The notes under the pieces are model-generated. The model did not search any database, was not told the origin of the DNA, and worked only from the letters and a program-made list of their open reading frames with translations. The position numbers and the translations under genes were made by a program. From positions 1 through 51,966 of IMG/VR virus record IMGVR_UViG_3300031746_000028: a stretch of 51,966 bases of DNA. One strand, written 5' to 3'. Within the stretch, counting starts at the first letter, position 1. Each line of letters opens with the position of its first letter. This document shows, one piece after another, positions 34,985 through 45,591 of this stretch. The stretch comes from a virus (lineage: Duplodnaviria > Caudoviricetes).

Positions 34985-37276
34985 ATGGCCACACTCATCC
35001 GCCCGCAAGGCAAGCTCACCTACCGCGACCCCGCCAAAGACGGGGTCGTAACGGTTCTGGGCCTCTCCCGTGACTGGCGCCCGACCGACAACTGGGAGCT
35101 GCGCGGCGCCGAACTCATCGGGCCCCTGAACTGCATCTCCCCGATGGGCGACTTCCGGCCGACGAACATGGTGTGGGGGGCCGGGAACTGGGGCATAGAC
35201 AACACCTACAACCAGGCAGTGCGGGACGTGACCTTCTCGGGCAGCCCGACGTTCGGGGGAGCGGAGTTCTACGATGGCAGCGTGTACGCCGCCGGGACGC
35301 CGCTGACCACCTGTTTGGCTCACCTGATTACCGACCCCGCCGTTCACACACCCACCTACCTCTGGCAGCCGAACGTGGTGATGCAGATCATCAGCCACAC
35401 GCCGCCACCGGGGCAGGGTGCCATCCCGCAGGTCAGCCTCGGTGTGGCCTGCAAGCTCAAGGTCAGCGGCACCACCCCGAACTTCTACCTGGACGACGCC
35501 GACGGCACCTGGACGGATGGCCGGGCGAACCTCGTCATCCCCCTCGGCAGCGAGCTGTACAAGAACCCGGTCTTTCACGCGGTGGTTGGCATCGGCGGGG
35601 GCGATGTCTTCACGACGGGCTGGATCTTCGGCGTCTCCAGCGACTGCCGGTCAGCGGACCAGGGGCCCAGCCGGGAGGCCTGGGTGCTGGAGTACCTGGA
35701 GGACACGGCCCGCTATCCCGGCGGGCACATCCTGATCCGCAACAGCAACAACTGGCAGAGCTGGTGGCACATCTATCATCCGGCCCTGCGGCTGCAGGCG
35801 GGCTTCATGTCGCTGGGTCTGGCGGGCTGCCAGATCGGCGTCAACGTCTCGAAGGTGCTCTACTCGGACTCGGACTCGACCGATAGCACCTGCTGGCCGC
35901 GTGACTACCGGCTCATCCCGGGCGCGGCCTGGGAACCGGCTGTCACCTATGGCGTGGTGAAGTCGCAGGCGCAGTGGTTCAGCAGCACCGGCTGGGCGGT
36001 GACCGCAGCGGGGGGCGCGGCCCCTGGCTACCGCCCGGTAGTGACCTTCTCCCCCGGCGAGGGCAGCACGGAGGACCGGCCCGTGTTGTGGCTCGCCACC
36101 GAGGACCATGCGCCAACCATCGCCGTCCCCCCCGGGTTGCCGGCCGATGACACGACTGAAGGCGACGGGCTGCTGCGGGAGATCACCCTCACCATGGACA
36201 GCACCTGGAAGCGCACCCAGGCGACGGCGGAGTTCTACGGAGCGAAGGACGGCGGGGAGATCTACCCGGGCTGGAAAGAGCGCGGGCAGGTCGTCGTGAA
36301 CATGGGCTGGGACGCGGCGGCGGGCGCGGGCTTCGCCGCCGCGGACCTGGCGACGCTGTACATCATGCCCGGCGGCATCGAGCGGTGGCGCGACGGGGCC
36401 GAGGGCCAGGGGACACCCCGCCTGCGGGTGCAGCTCGGGGACTTCATCGCCGCGCGGATGGCGAACACCTGCCTACTGGACTTCCGGCAGGCAGCCGGGC
36501 AGACCGCGACCGCCTGGTTCCATGCCTTCGGCCATCGGCTCGGGCTGCCGGACAGTCTCATCGAAGTGCAGGCGGACATGGCCGGCATCGAGATCACGCT
36601 CAACGAGATACCGGGGCTGCCGGCCCTGGAGGCGCAGGACGGCGAGGACCCGGCAGCCCATGCCGACGCCGTGTGTGCGGTGATGGGCTGGCGGTGGGGC
36701 TGGGATGAGAAGCTCTTCCTGGACGCCGGGCGGCAGACCTACCAGCCCGGCGTGAGCACAATCAGCTTCGCCCTGAACTATGACACGCTGACCTCCGAGG
36801 ATGTCGTGCGTCGCATAGAGCGGACGCGCGAGGGGGCCCGGTGGCGCAACTGCTACAAGGGCATGTACGGCCATGGCGACCAGCGCCAAGCGACCTACCA
36901 CGTGCCTGACGAGACAGCGCGGGCGGCGGTCGGCGGGGACTACTGGGCCTTCCTCGACGAGCCGGATGCAACCACCTCGGCCGCGGTGCTGAAGCGGTTC
37001 AACGAGTTGCACTCGAAGTGGCTGGAAGCGTTGCTCTGGACCGGGCCGATGCGCACGGGCCTGACGCCGGACATGTTCGTGAACATTGCCGACTTGCCGA
37101 ACCTCGGCCTGGTGACGGGGGCCGTCTACCAGATCGTCGAGCACACCCTCCGCGGCGACAGCCACGTCAACGAGGCGACGAGCCACATCAAGGCCGTGCT
37201 GGTATACCTGCCGGGGACGCGGTTGGCGGGCCCCATGGGCGGCGCGGGAATGGGCAGCAGAGGTCTCGGAGGATAG
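34985..37276 (+). CDS. Tail hub/baseplate-like protein
   Basis: 763 aa; C-terminal GAVYQIVEHTL beta motif typical of hub proteins. Confidence 0.55.
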   Translation: MATLIRPQGKLTYRDPAKDGVVTVLGLSRDWRPTDNWELRGAELIGPLNCISPMGDFRPTNMVWGAGNWGIDNTYNQAVRDVTFSGSPTFGGAEFYDGSVYAAGTPLTTCLAHLITDPAVHTPTYLWQPNVVMQIISHTPPPGQGAIPQVSLGVACKLKVSGTTPNFYLDDADGTWTDGRANLVIPLGSELYKNPVFHAVVGIGGGDVFTTGWIFGVSSDCRSADQGPSREAWVLEYLEDTARYPGGHILIRNSNNWQSWWHIYHPALRLQAGFMSLGLAGCQIGVNVSKVLYSDSDSTDSTCWPRDYRLIPGAAWEPAVTYGVVKSQAQWFSSTGWAVTAAGGAAPGYRPVVTFSPGEGSTEDRPVLWLATEDHAPTIAVPPGLPADDTTEGDGLLREITLTMDSTWKRTQATAEFYGAKDGGEIYPGWKERGQVVVNMGWDAAAGAGFAAADLATLYIMPGGIERWRDGAEGQGTPRLRVQLGDFIAARMANTCLLDFRQAAGQTATAWFHAFGHRLGLPDSLIEVQADMAGIEITLNEIPGLPALEAQDGEDPAAHADAVCAVMGWRWGWDEKLFLDAGRQTYQPGVSTISFALNYDTLTSEDVVRRIERTREGARWRNCYKGMYGHGDQRQATYHVPDETARAAVGGDYWAFLDEPDATTSAAVLKRFNELHSKWLEALLWTGPMRTGLTPDMFVNIADLPNLGLVTGAVYQIVEHTLRGDSHVNEATSHIKAVLVYLPGTRLAGPMGGAGMGSRGLGG

Positions 37277-37277
37277 C

Positions 37278-38096
37278 ATGGCAACGACCTTCTACACGCT
37301 GAAGAACTGGGCGGAGACGACCGTAGCAGTGGCGGTCAACGGCAGTGCCACGGAGATCACGGTCACATCGGCTGCTGCCCTGCAGGCGGCCGTCGGCTAT
37401 GCGCAGCTCTGGAATGAGACGACCTACCCCGACCCGGTAGACGACCCCGGGCGCGAGGTCGTGCGCATCGACTCCGTGCTTGGCAACGTGCTCACCGTGA
37501 CGCGCGGGCAATGCGGCACCTCCGGCGCAGCCCATGCGGTCGGGGATGTCATCAAGTGCGTGTGGCTGGCGGAGAATGCCACGCAGATGCAGACGGCTAT
37601 CAATGCCCGCGTGCAGAAGGCCCCGGATGCTTCCGCCGACAACGAGATTCAGGGGGTCGCCGTGGGCGTGGTGACGCTGGCCCTGAAGGCCTTCGCGGCC
37701 CAGACGGCGGCGCTGCTGGCGGTGAAGGACAGCGCCGGGGCCGCCCTGCTGACGGTCGAGGCGGACGGCGACGTGGTGTTGGCCGATGGCAAGACCATCT
37801 CCGGGGGCTCGACGACAGGCACCAAGATCGGCACTGTCGCCACGCAGAAGCTGGCGCTCTTTGGAGTGACGCCGGTAGTGCAACCGGCCGGCGCCGGCCA
37901 GGCTACGGTGACGATGGGCAATGCGAACGGGGAGATCGCGGGCCTGACCTTCTCGGCGACGCCGACGCAGGCGGAGTGTAATGCTCTCCGTGACAAGTGT
38001 GAAGAACTGGCTGACGACGTGCGGGCCGTGCTGGTCTTGGTCCACGCGCTGCGCACCGCCGGGGTAGACCTGGGCAGCATCAAGGGCGCTGCCTAA
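37278..38096 (+). CDS. Tail fibre/structural protein
   Basis: EVVRIDSVLGNVLTVTRGQCGTSGAAHAVG; GTKIGTVATQKLALFGVTPVVQ. Confidence 0.7.
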   Translation: MATTFYTLKNWAETTVAVAVNGSATEITVTSAAALQAAVGYAQLWNETTYPDPVDDPGREVVRIDSVLGNVLTVTRGQCGTSGAAHAVGDVIKCVWLAENATQMQTAINARVQKAPDASADNEIQGVAVGVVTLALKAFAAQTAALLAVKDSAGAALLTVEADGDVVLADGKTISGGSTTGTKIGTVATQKLALFGVTPVVQPAGAGQATVTMGNANGEIAGLTFSATPTQAECNALRDKCEELADDVRAVLVLVHALRTAGVDLGSIKGAA

Positions 38097-38204
38097 GGGG
38101 CCGCGCTAGACAGACTGAGTTGGGAGGCCGGGCATGACATGACCTCGCGGTACCTGGCCGGGATCGGGAACTGACCGGAAGCGTCACACAGCTCAAGGAG
38201 GCCC

Positions 38205-38594
38205 ATGATGGCCAGCGCGATCTACCCTGCCTTTGCGACCGCCGCCTACACCAAGAAGATCGATTGGGTGAATGACTCCGTCAGCGGCTACCTGATGGAC
38301 ACCGCGGACTACACCTACAGTGCCGCGCACACGGTGCTTGCTGACCTGACTGTGGCGGGCCGTGAGGAGGTCGTGGCCCTCACAGGTAAGTCGGTCACCG
38401 CTGGCGTGCTTGATGGTGGAAACTCGACCTGGCCAACGGCGACCGGCGATGGCATCGAGGCGATTGTCGTCGTTGACACCACGTACGACTGTCTCGGCCT
38501 CTACTATGATCTCGGCGCCACCACGCTGCTGAACGGCGGGGACATCGTGGCGACGTGGGCGGGGGCGCCGAACTACATGGCCAAGATGTACTAG
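38205..38594 (+). CDS. Minor tail protein
   Basis: IDWVND, LTGKSVTAGVLD, NGGDIVATW motifs. Confidence 0.7.
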   Translation: MMASAIYPAFATAAYTKKIDWVNDSVSGYLMDTADYTYSAAHTVLADLTVAGREEVVALTGKSVTAGVLDGGNSTWPTATGDGIEAIVVVDTTYDCLGLYYDLGATTLLNGGDIVATWAGAPNYMAKMY

Positions 38595-38624
38595 AGCGGC
38601 CCAGCCGCTAGAAGGAGGAAGAGC

Positions 38625-39035
38625 ATGCCCATTGATGGCGTCTGCGACCGCATGGAGAAGCGCTGTCTCATCAACAGCATGTACGCGCGGCTCGCGCAGC
38701 TCGCGAACAGCATTGAATTGTGGCGCCGCGAGGGCGAGACAGAGAAGATGGCGGCGGCGGCGGCCTACCGGCAGTTGCTCATTGAGAAGTCGGATGTGCT
38801 TTGCGCCGGACTGAGCATCAGCCAGGAGACGGGGTTCTACATGGTGACCGAGCCGCTACTCGCGGCGAGCGACGAGACCTGGACGGTGGCGCACGAGTGG
38901 ATGACCGACAGCCACCCGGAGTTCCACGCGGCGCGGTACCCGAAGCCGCCGAAGGTCGCTAACCCGGAGGCGCCGACGCAGGTGCTGGCCCCGGCGAGCA
39001 TCGTGGCCGACAGCGCGGTCGGGGAGACGGCGTAG
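38625..39035 (+). CDS. Hypothetical protein
   Basis: AAGGAGG RBS. Confidence 0.6.
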   Translation: MPIDGVCDRMEKRCLINSMYARLAQLANSIELWRREGETEKMAAAAAYRQLLIEKSDVLCAGLSISQETGFYMVTEPLLAASDETWTVAHEWMTDSHPEFHAARYPKPPKVANPEAPTQVLAPASIVADSAVGETA

Positions 39036-39058
39036 CAGAGCAGCAGAGGAGGCAGACC

Positions 39059-39331
39059 ATGGCCTGGATACCGACGATCACGATGCCGACCGCCGTCGAG
39101 ACGGAGCCGAAGACCTACACCGTCTCAGTGGCGGCAACATTGACGCAAGGGGCCGAGACGAAGAACCGTGCCTTCTCGCAGTCCATCTCGGACACATCAC
39201 AGGCGGCGCGGAATGAGCTGGCGATAGCGATAGCCGGGCAGATCACGACCTGGCGACTGTCGGAGGATCGCATCACTGGCTTCGCCGCCGCCCTGGCGGC
39301 GCTGAAGACGAACATCGAGGGGAGGCTGTAA
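39059..39331 (+). CDS. Hypothetical protein
   Basis: GAGGAGG RBS. Confidence 0.6.
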   Translation: MAWIPTITMPTAVETEPKTYTVSVAATLTQGAETKNRAFSQSISDTSQAARNELAIAIAGQITTWRLSEDRITGFAAALAALKTNIEGRL

Positions 39332-39940
39332 GTGGCTGACTACACACAGGCCCAGTCTGAACTACTCGCCCACCAGGAACTGACCCATCCGGGCAGCATC
39401 ATCGGCACGCCAGTGGACGTGCGTACCTGGTTGCAGGGCATGGTCCACATCTGGCAGGCGAACATCGAGACCACTGCCAACCTCGCCGCGGGGCTCGACT
39501 TCATCGAGGTTCAGGGGTCGCCCAACTCATCAGGGAACCTCTGGCAGACCCTGGCCAGTTTTGCTGCCAGCACGACGGCGGCGACCGACACCGCCTTCGA
39601 CGCCAACGAGGCCATCGGTCAGACGGTGCTCTCGGTGGCCACAACTGCGGGCAAGACCACAGGGGCCCTGATCTACCTCAAGGACGCAACCTCCGTAGCC
39701 ACCTCGGAGTGGAGCCGGGTCGTGTCCGTGGTGACCGATGACACGGTGACAGTCACCGATGGCATTGAGGTGGCCAAGGTCGCTACCGATGACCACATGT
39801 TCACGCAGGCCTCCCGGTGGGCGTGTTACGTTGACCTGGGGGGCATCGAGCGCCTGCGCGTTGTCGTTCACCACCAGGGCGCGACGGGTTCCGACTGGCG
39901 CGTCTACACCGTCCTGGAAGCCGTCACCGACTTCGAGTAG
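39332..39940 (+). CDS. Virion structural protein (putative)
   Basis: Thr/Ala/Val beta-rich; GGAGG RBS. Confidence 0.55.
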   Translation: MADYTQAQSELLAHQELTHPGSIIGTPVDVRTWLQGMVHIWQANIETTANLAAGLDFIEVQGSPNSSGNLWQTLASFAASTTAATDTAFDANEAIGQTVLSVATTAGKTTGALIYLKDATSVATSEWSRVVSVVTDDTVTVTDGIEVAKVATDDHMFTQASRWACYVDLGGIERLRVVVHHQGATGSDWRVYTVLEAVTDFE

Positions 39941-39955
39941 GAGCAGAGCCGAACC

Positions 39956-41557
39956 GTGAACGTCCTCTGGCTGCCAGCAGGCTCCAAGGTGCCGCTCGGG
40001 ATGCGCCGCCACTGGGCGGCGTACCTGCCGGCCTTGCCGGACCCGTTCGGCGCCTGGGAGCTGAACGAGGGCTCGGGGTCGCTGGTCAACGATAGCAGCG
40101 GCAAGGGCAACACGGGGACGCTGACGAACATGGACCCGGCGACGGACTGGGTGCCGACGCCGAGGGGCGTGGGGCTGGACTTCGACGGCAGCAATGACTA
40201 CATAAATGTTGGCCCTTGCCGCCAGACGTTGACCGCGCTCAGCGTCTGGTCCTATCTGGATACGACCGTTGGTGGCGGGGCCGGAGTCAACGCTATCTTT
40301 GCAAACAGCACTTCGGGCGCCAGCGGATTCCGGCTGGCCATCTACCAGAACAAACTCCGATGGTCCATAGACAGTGCGGCTGGGACAGCAGAAGTCTGGA
40401 ATTCGAGTAATACTCTAACCGGTTGGCACAGCATCATAGGGGCGATGAACGCCGCGACCGATGCGGGTGGATTGTACGTTGACGGTATGCCCGTGGGTTT
40501 CGCCGTTACCGCTGGCACATCAACATCTGCAATATCCGCCATAAACACAACCATTGGAGCAGAGACAGGGGGGGCGGCAAACCGTTTCTCGGGTGCGATC
40601 GGTTTTTTGCACTTCTGGGATGACATCCTCCTCACCGCGTCCCAGGTGGCCGCGCTGGAGGGGCCGGTGCCCATCTGGCAGAGGCAGCGGTACTACCAGA
40701 TCGGGGGGGCGCTCCAGTACCTGACGCCCGGCAGCGTGGTCGCCGCGTCAGCCCTCGGGTCGCCGTCTCTGGGTCTCGGGGCCGTCACGCTCACACCCGC
40801 CAGTAACGTCGCTGCCAGCGCCGTAGGCGCGCCGACGGTGACCCCTGGGGCGGTAGGGCTAACGCCCGCAAGCGTCGCGGCAGACAGCGCCCTGGGCACG
40901 CCCACCGTCACTCCCGGCAGCCTCGGCATCACGCCAAGCAGCATCGTTGGAGCGAGTACGCCGGGCACGCCGACCATCACATCCGGCAGCAAGTCACTCT
41001 CGCCGGCCAGCCTCACTGCCTCCTCGGGCGTTGGCATCCCGACGATCTCCGAGGGTGCCCTGGCGCTCCTGGTCAACAGCATCATTGCGCAGACGGCGCT
41101 GGGTATGCCGCTGATAACCGCCTCGGGGTCCCTCCTCACGGATGTGGCCTACCCGCTGGCGGCGACCTTCGGGGCCCGGCAGGAGCTCGCCGCGACGGCA
41201 GTTGTGAGGCTCGATAGCTGGAGCGAGGATGGGACAACGCTGGGCCTGTTGGTCCCGCTGCCCGCCTGGGTGGAGACGGACCTGCGCTTCAGAGTGAGGA
41301 TTGATGACATCCTCGGCGCCGCCGTGGACCTGACAAAGTTCAGATTGCGGTCGCTGATCGAGGACCCGGAGGATGGCATCGCGGTCGGTGAGTTCAGGCT
41401 GACCGTGGAGAATATCAACACGCTACTCTTCGAGTGGGATGCGACCGGGGCTGAGGCCGGACGGGCCTATGTGTTTGACCTGCGCGCCAAAGATCGCGGG
41501 GGCATTCGCAGTCGGCCGGTGCATGGGACCATCGTGATGCTGCCGGTGGTGACGTAG
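39956..41557 (+). CDS. LamG-domain tail fibre/adhesin with Ser/Thr/Pro repeats and a C-terminal BppU-like domain
   Basis: WELNEGSGSLVNDSSGKGNTGTL, LDFDGSNDY, WHSIIG, LYVDG; repeats LTPASV.A.S.LG.PTV. Confidence 0.75.
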   Translation: MNVLWLPAGSKVPLGMRRHWAAYLPALPDPFGAWELNEGSGSLVNDSSGKGNTGTLTNMDPATDWVPTPRGVGLDFDGSNDYINVGPCRQTLTALSVWSYLDTTVGGGAGVNAIFANSTSGASGFRLAIYQNKLRWSIDSAAGTAEVWNSSNTLTGWHSIIGAMNAATDAGGLYVDGMPVGFAVTAGTSTSAISAINTTIGAETGGAANRFSGAIGFLHFWDDILLTASQVAALEGPVPIWQRQRYYQIGGALQYLTPGSVVAASALGSPSLGLGAVTLTPASNVAASAVGAPTVTPGAVGLTPASVAADSALGTPTVTPGSLGITPSSIVGASTPGTPTITSGSKSLSPASLTASSGVGIPTISEGALALLVNSIIAQTALGMPLITASGSLLTDVAYPLAATFGARQELAATAVVRLDSWSEDGTTLGLLVPLPAWVETDLRFRVRIDDILGAAVDLTKFRLRSLIEDPEDGIAVGEFRLTVENINTLLFEWDATGAEAGRAYVFDLRAKDRGGIRSRPVHGTIVMLPVVT

Positions 41558-41600
41558 TCGCGATCATTGAGGCATCGTCGGACTGAAGGGCAGGGCAACC

Positions 41601-44600
41601 GTGCGCAACCAGTTCCTATGGGTCAACAAGCCGGGGTTCCATTACCACAACGCCAGCCCCGGCAACCTGAGCATCGTCCACGGCAGCAAGGGGACAGTGG
41701 CCTTCTGGTTCTGCCCGGCGAGGGAATCGGGCTACGGAACCATCTGGGAGGCGCGGGCCGCCAACAACGACCTGTGGTATCTGTGGATCGACGGCGGTGG
41801 ATACCTCGTGCTCGGCGTCTACAATGGCAGCACCCGGCGCGAGGTAACGTCTCCCGCTCCGCTGAGTACTAGCAGGTGGGATCTGGTAGTGGCGAGCTGG
41901 GACTTCACGCCGACGGATGGGGTCGGGATCATCACCTTGCGTTGTGGCGATCAAGCGGCGCAGACCCGCAGCGACGCCTGCGCGCCGCGTCAAGAGGCGA
42001 CGCGGATGACAGTTGGCCCACGCACCACGGACACCGCCTATATCAAGGCTGTCTTTGACAACCTGGCCATCTGGAATGGCGTGATGACCGCGGACGAGTT
42101 CACCGCGGCGCGAGGGGATGCGTCGTACTTCCTGGGCCAGACCTATGCGCGGCGGCGGTTGCCCCAGCCAGAGGATGTGGCCGATGCCTCGGCCCTGACC
42201 TTCCTGGCCACGTGGGACGGGTCCTATGATGCCGTGATCGGCGGCGACAAGACAGCGCAGTGGGATGTGACCGCGCCGAACTACGACCAGTTCTGCCGGC
42301 TGTCGGACAGCAGTCCGGGCCCGCCGCTGCGTCACCAGTTCTTTTTCGGCATGCCCCGCCATGACAACACGCCGGATGATCGGGTGCCCTTGCCCGCGGT
42401 GTTGACACTCATCAGCGCCTCGGGCAATGACCAGTACACCACCTGTGACAATGTCACCGAGTGCTCGCGGGTCAAGGTCACACAGATGAAAAACGGCCTC
42501 TACGAGGGGCAGGGTTATCATTGGCTGCGTCCGTGGCTGACACGTCCCGGGGCGGGCCGCAACAATGACATGTGGCGGCCGCTGACCTTTGAGTTGCAGG
42601 TGCATGTGCCGACCGGCATCGAGCCGATCAATCCGAACCGGCAGGAGGTGGCCCTGGGCCCCTTCATCTGGTATACCTGGAAGCTCTCCGGGAACTGGAA
42701 CGGCTCCTGGGGTCCCGGACGAATGGGCAAGGTGGTAGCCGATGCCGGCAACAGCACGACGCAGATCAAGACCGACATCACCGGCGACGGGGACGATTAC
42801 TGGAACGGGACCTGGCTGACCTTCCGCAGCGGCGCCGGACTCGGTTACCGGCTACAGGTGCTGGACTACACCAGCACCAGCGGCATCTTCACCGTGAGTG
42901 GGGCGCTGCCGGAGATCCCGGCGGCGAACGACCGCCTGTTGGTAGACGCTCGGTCATGGCTGGCGGCGACGCCGGAGTGGAATGGCGCTGTAGACATGAA
43001 CAACACCATCGAGGCCTGGCTCTCAGAGAGTTGGACCGGCGACCCCTACGGTGGGGGAGACGACATCACGGACTATGTCTGGACGAAACTGGAGGCCATC
43101 TGCGGCCACGACACCACCCAACTGGTGCGGTATAACCGGGGCCGCACGGTAGTCATGCCCTGGCTCTATGGCGTCGGCGGGTCCCCTGATGGCTGGAAGT
43201 TCTGCTTTGGTCGCCGCATGGGTTCCAACCCGGCGACCTTCAACGCTGAAATCTGGGTGGAGAGTCTGACGATCCGCGGCGGCGGGGCTTACGACACGCT
43301 CGACCCCAACCCGACGCCCTTCACACGACCGGCGCAGATCAACGACTGCTTCATGGCCGAGCACCACTGTCACGAGGTCACCGACAGCGGCGCCATCGTG
43401 GCCAAGCCCGTCCACAGCAATCGGGCCTGGCGGGTGGCGGGTCTCAGCCGCGGCTTTGCGACGATGACGAAGTACGCCAGTTGGGCCGAAGTTCAGGCCT
43501 CCTTCAATGCCACCGGCACTTGGCGTCATACGGGTAAGCCGATCTACCCAGTCGCGCCGAGGAGCGAAGAGGATACCATCATCATGCTGGTCCAGGGCAC
43601 CAGCGCGGGGGGCGTGGCGGCCTATGGGTACTGCCGCGGAATCTGGGATGCGGTGAATGAACGGCTCACCTGGGTGGACGAAACGCCACCGGCGGGCAAG
43701 GTCAACCCCTTCCTGGCCCAATCCGATCTGACACCCGAGCTGGAACGGGACATCCCCTGGGGGGCGGATTATCCGCCCGGCCTGATCGCCGTCCTGGGCC
43801 TCCCGGACGGCACCTGGGTTCTGACCTATAACGGCAACACAGACAACCCTGATCACTACGTCACCCGCGCGCTGTTTGCCGCTGATCGTTGGAGCTTCAG
43901 CCACGCCGCAAGCTGGTGGCGAGACAATCCCCTGCCGATGGGACTGCATGGCGTGGACCCGCCGGGGGCCTGGGGCAATGCCGGGTTCGTCGGCAATCGC
44001 GATTGCGAGTGGCAGTTCTGCTTCGATCCTGTGACGCGGATTCCAGACCGCCGCTACTTCGGTGGCGGTCGCCTCAAGTCCAATGTGCCACAACTGGGCG
44101 GCAGCACCGACTATCTGGCCAACCCGATCCGGCACATGGGGGGCATGGTGAGCGGTGACTTCCGAGGTTTCCGCGTCTTGCCCCACGGCGAACAAGTCCA
44201 GCCCCTCGCCTCCGCCCAGACCGGCGGCGGTATGCACTTTGCGCATGGCGCGGATGTACTCCTGCATCTCACCCCTTACGGCGGAGAAGGCGGCACTCGC
44301 TTGCGCGTCTCCGATGATCACGAGCACTGGCAGGAGCCGGTCTATACCTGGATCGCCGCGGCCTTACCCTACTGTCCGCCGTTCCACCTCGGCGAGCGAA
44401 CGATCTACTATATCGGCGACGGCGACCACGCCGGCGCGCTGAACCAGGTCGTGATGGACCGCGACCGCGAGACCTACTATGCGTTGAGCACCGGCCAAGT
44501 CGCCGGGGAACTGCTGACACCCGTCCTGGTCAAGCCCCTGGAGGGTTGGGCGGAGTTGGTGGTGAACGCGGCGCAGAACGCCGGAGCGCTGGCGGTGGAG

Positions 44601-44894
44601 ATCCTGGACCCGAGCACCGACACACCGCTGACGGGCTTTGCTATGGCCGACATGGATACCCTGGCCGACGGGGTGTGTAGCGAGGTGACCTGGGGCGGGC
44701 AGCAGCTCGAAGATCTGGTGGTCGGGGCCATCCGCCTGCGTTTCATCTTCTCGCGGCCCGGTAGCGGCGATGATAGCCCGGTGCTCTACGCCTGGTACGC
44801 CGAGGGCCATAGATCGTTCTCACTGAGCCCCTGGCCACCCGTGCCGACGGATGTGGTCTATCCGCTGGTGGCGAGTTTCGTCAGCCAACTGTAG
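41601..44894 (+). CDS. Large receptor-binding/tail protein with N-terminal LamG-like domain
   Basis: GTVAFWF, WDLVVASWD, FDNLAIWN; DDYWNG; C-terminal ELVVNA...VEILD...LRF. Confidence 0.7.
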   Translation: MRNQFLWVNKPGFHYHNASPGNLSIVHGSKGTVAFWFCPARESGYGTIWEARAANNDLWYLWIDGGGYLVLGVYNGSTRREVTSPAPLSTSRWDLVVASWDFTPTDGVGIITLRCGDQAAQTRSDACAPRQEATRMTVGPRTTDTAYIKAVFDNLAIWNGVMTADEFTAARGDASYFLGQTYARRRLPQPEDVADASALTFLATWDGSYDAVIGGDKTAQWDVTAPNYDQFCRLSDSSPGPPLRHQFFFGMPRHDNTPDDRVPLPAVLTLISASGNDQYTTCDNVTECSRVKVTQMKNGLYEGQGYHWLRPWLTRPGAGRNNDMWRPLTFELQVHVPTGIEPINPNRQEVALGPFIWYTWKLSGNWNGSWGPGRMGKVVADAGNSTTQIKTDITGDGDDYWNGTWLTFRSGAGLGYRLQVLDYTSTSGIFTVSGALPEIPAANDRLLVDARSWLAATPEWNGAVDMNNTIEAWLSESWTGDPYGGGDDITDYVWTKLEAICGHDTTQLVRYNRGRTVVMPWLYGVGGSPDGWKFCFGRRMGSNPATFNAEIWVESLTIRGGGAYDTLDPNPTPFTRPAQINDCFMAEHHCHEVTDSGAIVAKPVHSNRAWRVAGLSRGFATMTKYASWAEVQASFNATGTWRHTGKPIYPVAPRSEEDTIIMLVQGTSAGGVAAYGYCRGIWDAVNERLTWVDETPPAGKVNPFLAQSDLTPELERDIPWGADYPPGLIAVLGLPDGTWVLTYNGNTDNPDHYVTRALFAADRWSFSHAASWWRDNPLPMGLHGVDPPGAWGNAGFVGNRDCEWQFCFDPVTRIPDRRYFGGGRLKSNVPQLGGSTDYLANPIRHMGGMVSGDFRGFRVLPHGEQVQPLASAQTGGGMHFAHGADVLLHLTPYGGEGGTRLRVSDDHEHWQEPVYTWIAAALPYCPPFHLGERTIYYIGDGDHAGALNQVVMDRDRETYYALSTGQVAGELLTPVLVKPLEGWAELVVNAAQNAGALAVEILDPSTDTPLTGFAMADMDTLADGVCSEVTWGGQQLEDLVVGAIRLRFIFSRPGSGDDSPVLYAWYAEGHRSFSLSPWPPVPTDVVYPLVASFVSQL

Positions 44895-44913
44895 GAGAGG
44901 CAGTGATGCGCCC

Positions 44914-45243
44914 ATGAGCGATCCGGGCCTGTTGGTCGCGCTGCCCGCCTGGGTGGAGACGGACCTGCGCTTCACCGTGAAGATAAATGACATCCTCGGC
45001 GCTGCCGTGGACCTGTCAGGGCTGACCCTGAAGTCGTTGATCGAGGACCCGGAGGATGGCGTCTCGGTGGGTGAGTTCACATTGACCGTCCAGACCCCGA
45101 CGAACATACTGCTCTTCGAGTGGGACGCCGCCGGGGCGGAGGCGGGGCGGGTTTACGTCTGGGATCTCAAGGCTACCGATGGTGATGGCATTCGCAGCCG
45201 GCCGGCGCACGGGACCATCGCGATGCTGCCGGTGGTGACGTAG
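44914..45243 (+). CDS. Free-standing paralogue of the C-terminal domain of 39956-41557
   Basis: GLLV.LPAWVETDLRF...HGTI.MLPVVT near-duplicate. Confidence 0.75.
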   Translation: MSDPGLLVALPAWVETDLRFTVKINDILGAAVDLSGLTLKSLIEDPEDGVSVGEFTLTVQTPTNILLFEWDAAGAEAGRVYVWDLKATDGDGIRSRPAHGTIAMLPVVT

Positions 45244-45255
45244 CCGTGGTGGACA

Positions 45256-45591
45256 GTGTCTGGCGACGAGCGACCTGACGGACACCAGCAGGCTGACGTA
45301 GGATCGGAGACCATCATGCGGGCGACGCCAGCGAAGAACGGCAACGGGTGGCTGAAGTGGGCGGGCATCATCATCACCATCGCCCTCCTCGTGGGTGGCT
45401 TTGTCATGTGGTGCGGCAGCCTGACTGCCCACATTGCTACGGTGGATATTCACCACTCGACGCAGCAACTCAATGACAATTTCGTATTGCAGAAGGAGTA
45501 CGCACAGGATCGCACAGACCTGAAGGACGCGCTGGTAGAAATCAAGAGCGACCTCAAGGACCTCAAGCGAATGCACATGGAGCAGAGGTGA
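45256..45591 (+). CDS. Single-TM membrane protein with coiled coil (lysis-cassette type)
   Basis: WAGIIITIALLVGGFVMW followed by LVEIKSDLKDLK. Confidence 0.6.
   Translation: MSGDERPDGHQQADVGSETIMRATPAKNGNGWLKWAGIIITIALLVGGFVMWCGSLTAHIATVDIHHSTQQLNDNFVLQKEYAQDRTDLKDALVEIKSDLKDLKRMHMEQR

Noticed and set aside
32307-34994. Long minus-strand ORFs (this 895-aa one, also 6139-7611, 17350-18639, 23195-24823, 43023-44327)
   Set aside because: Antisense shadows of GC-rich + strand genes; no motifs or RBS
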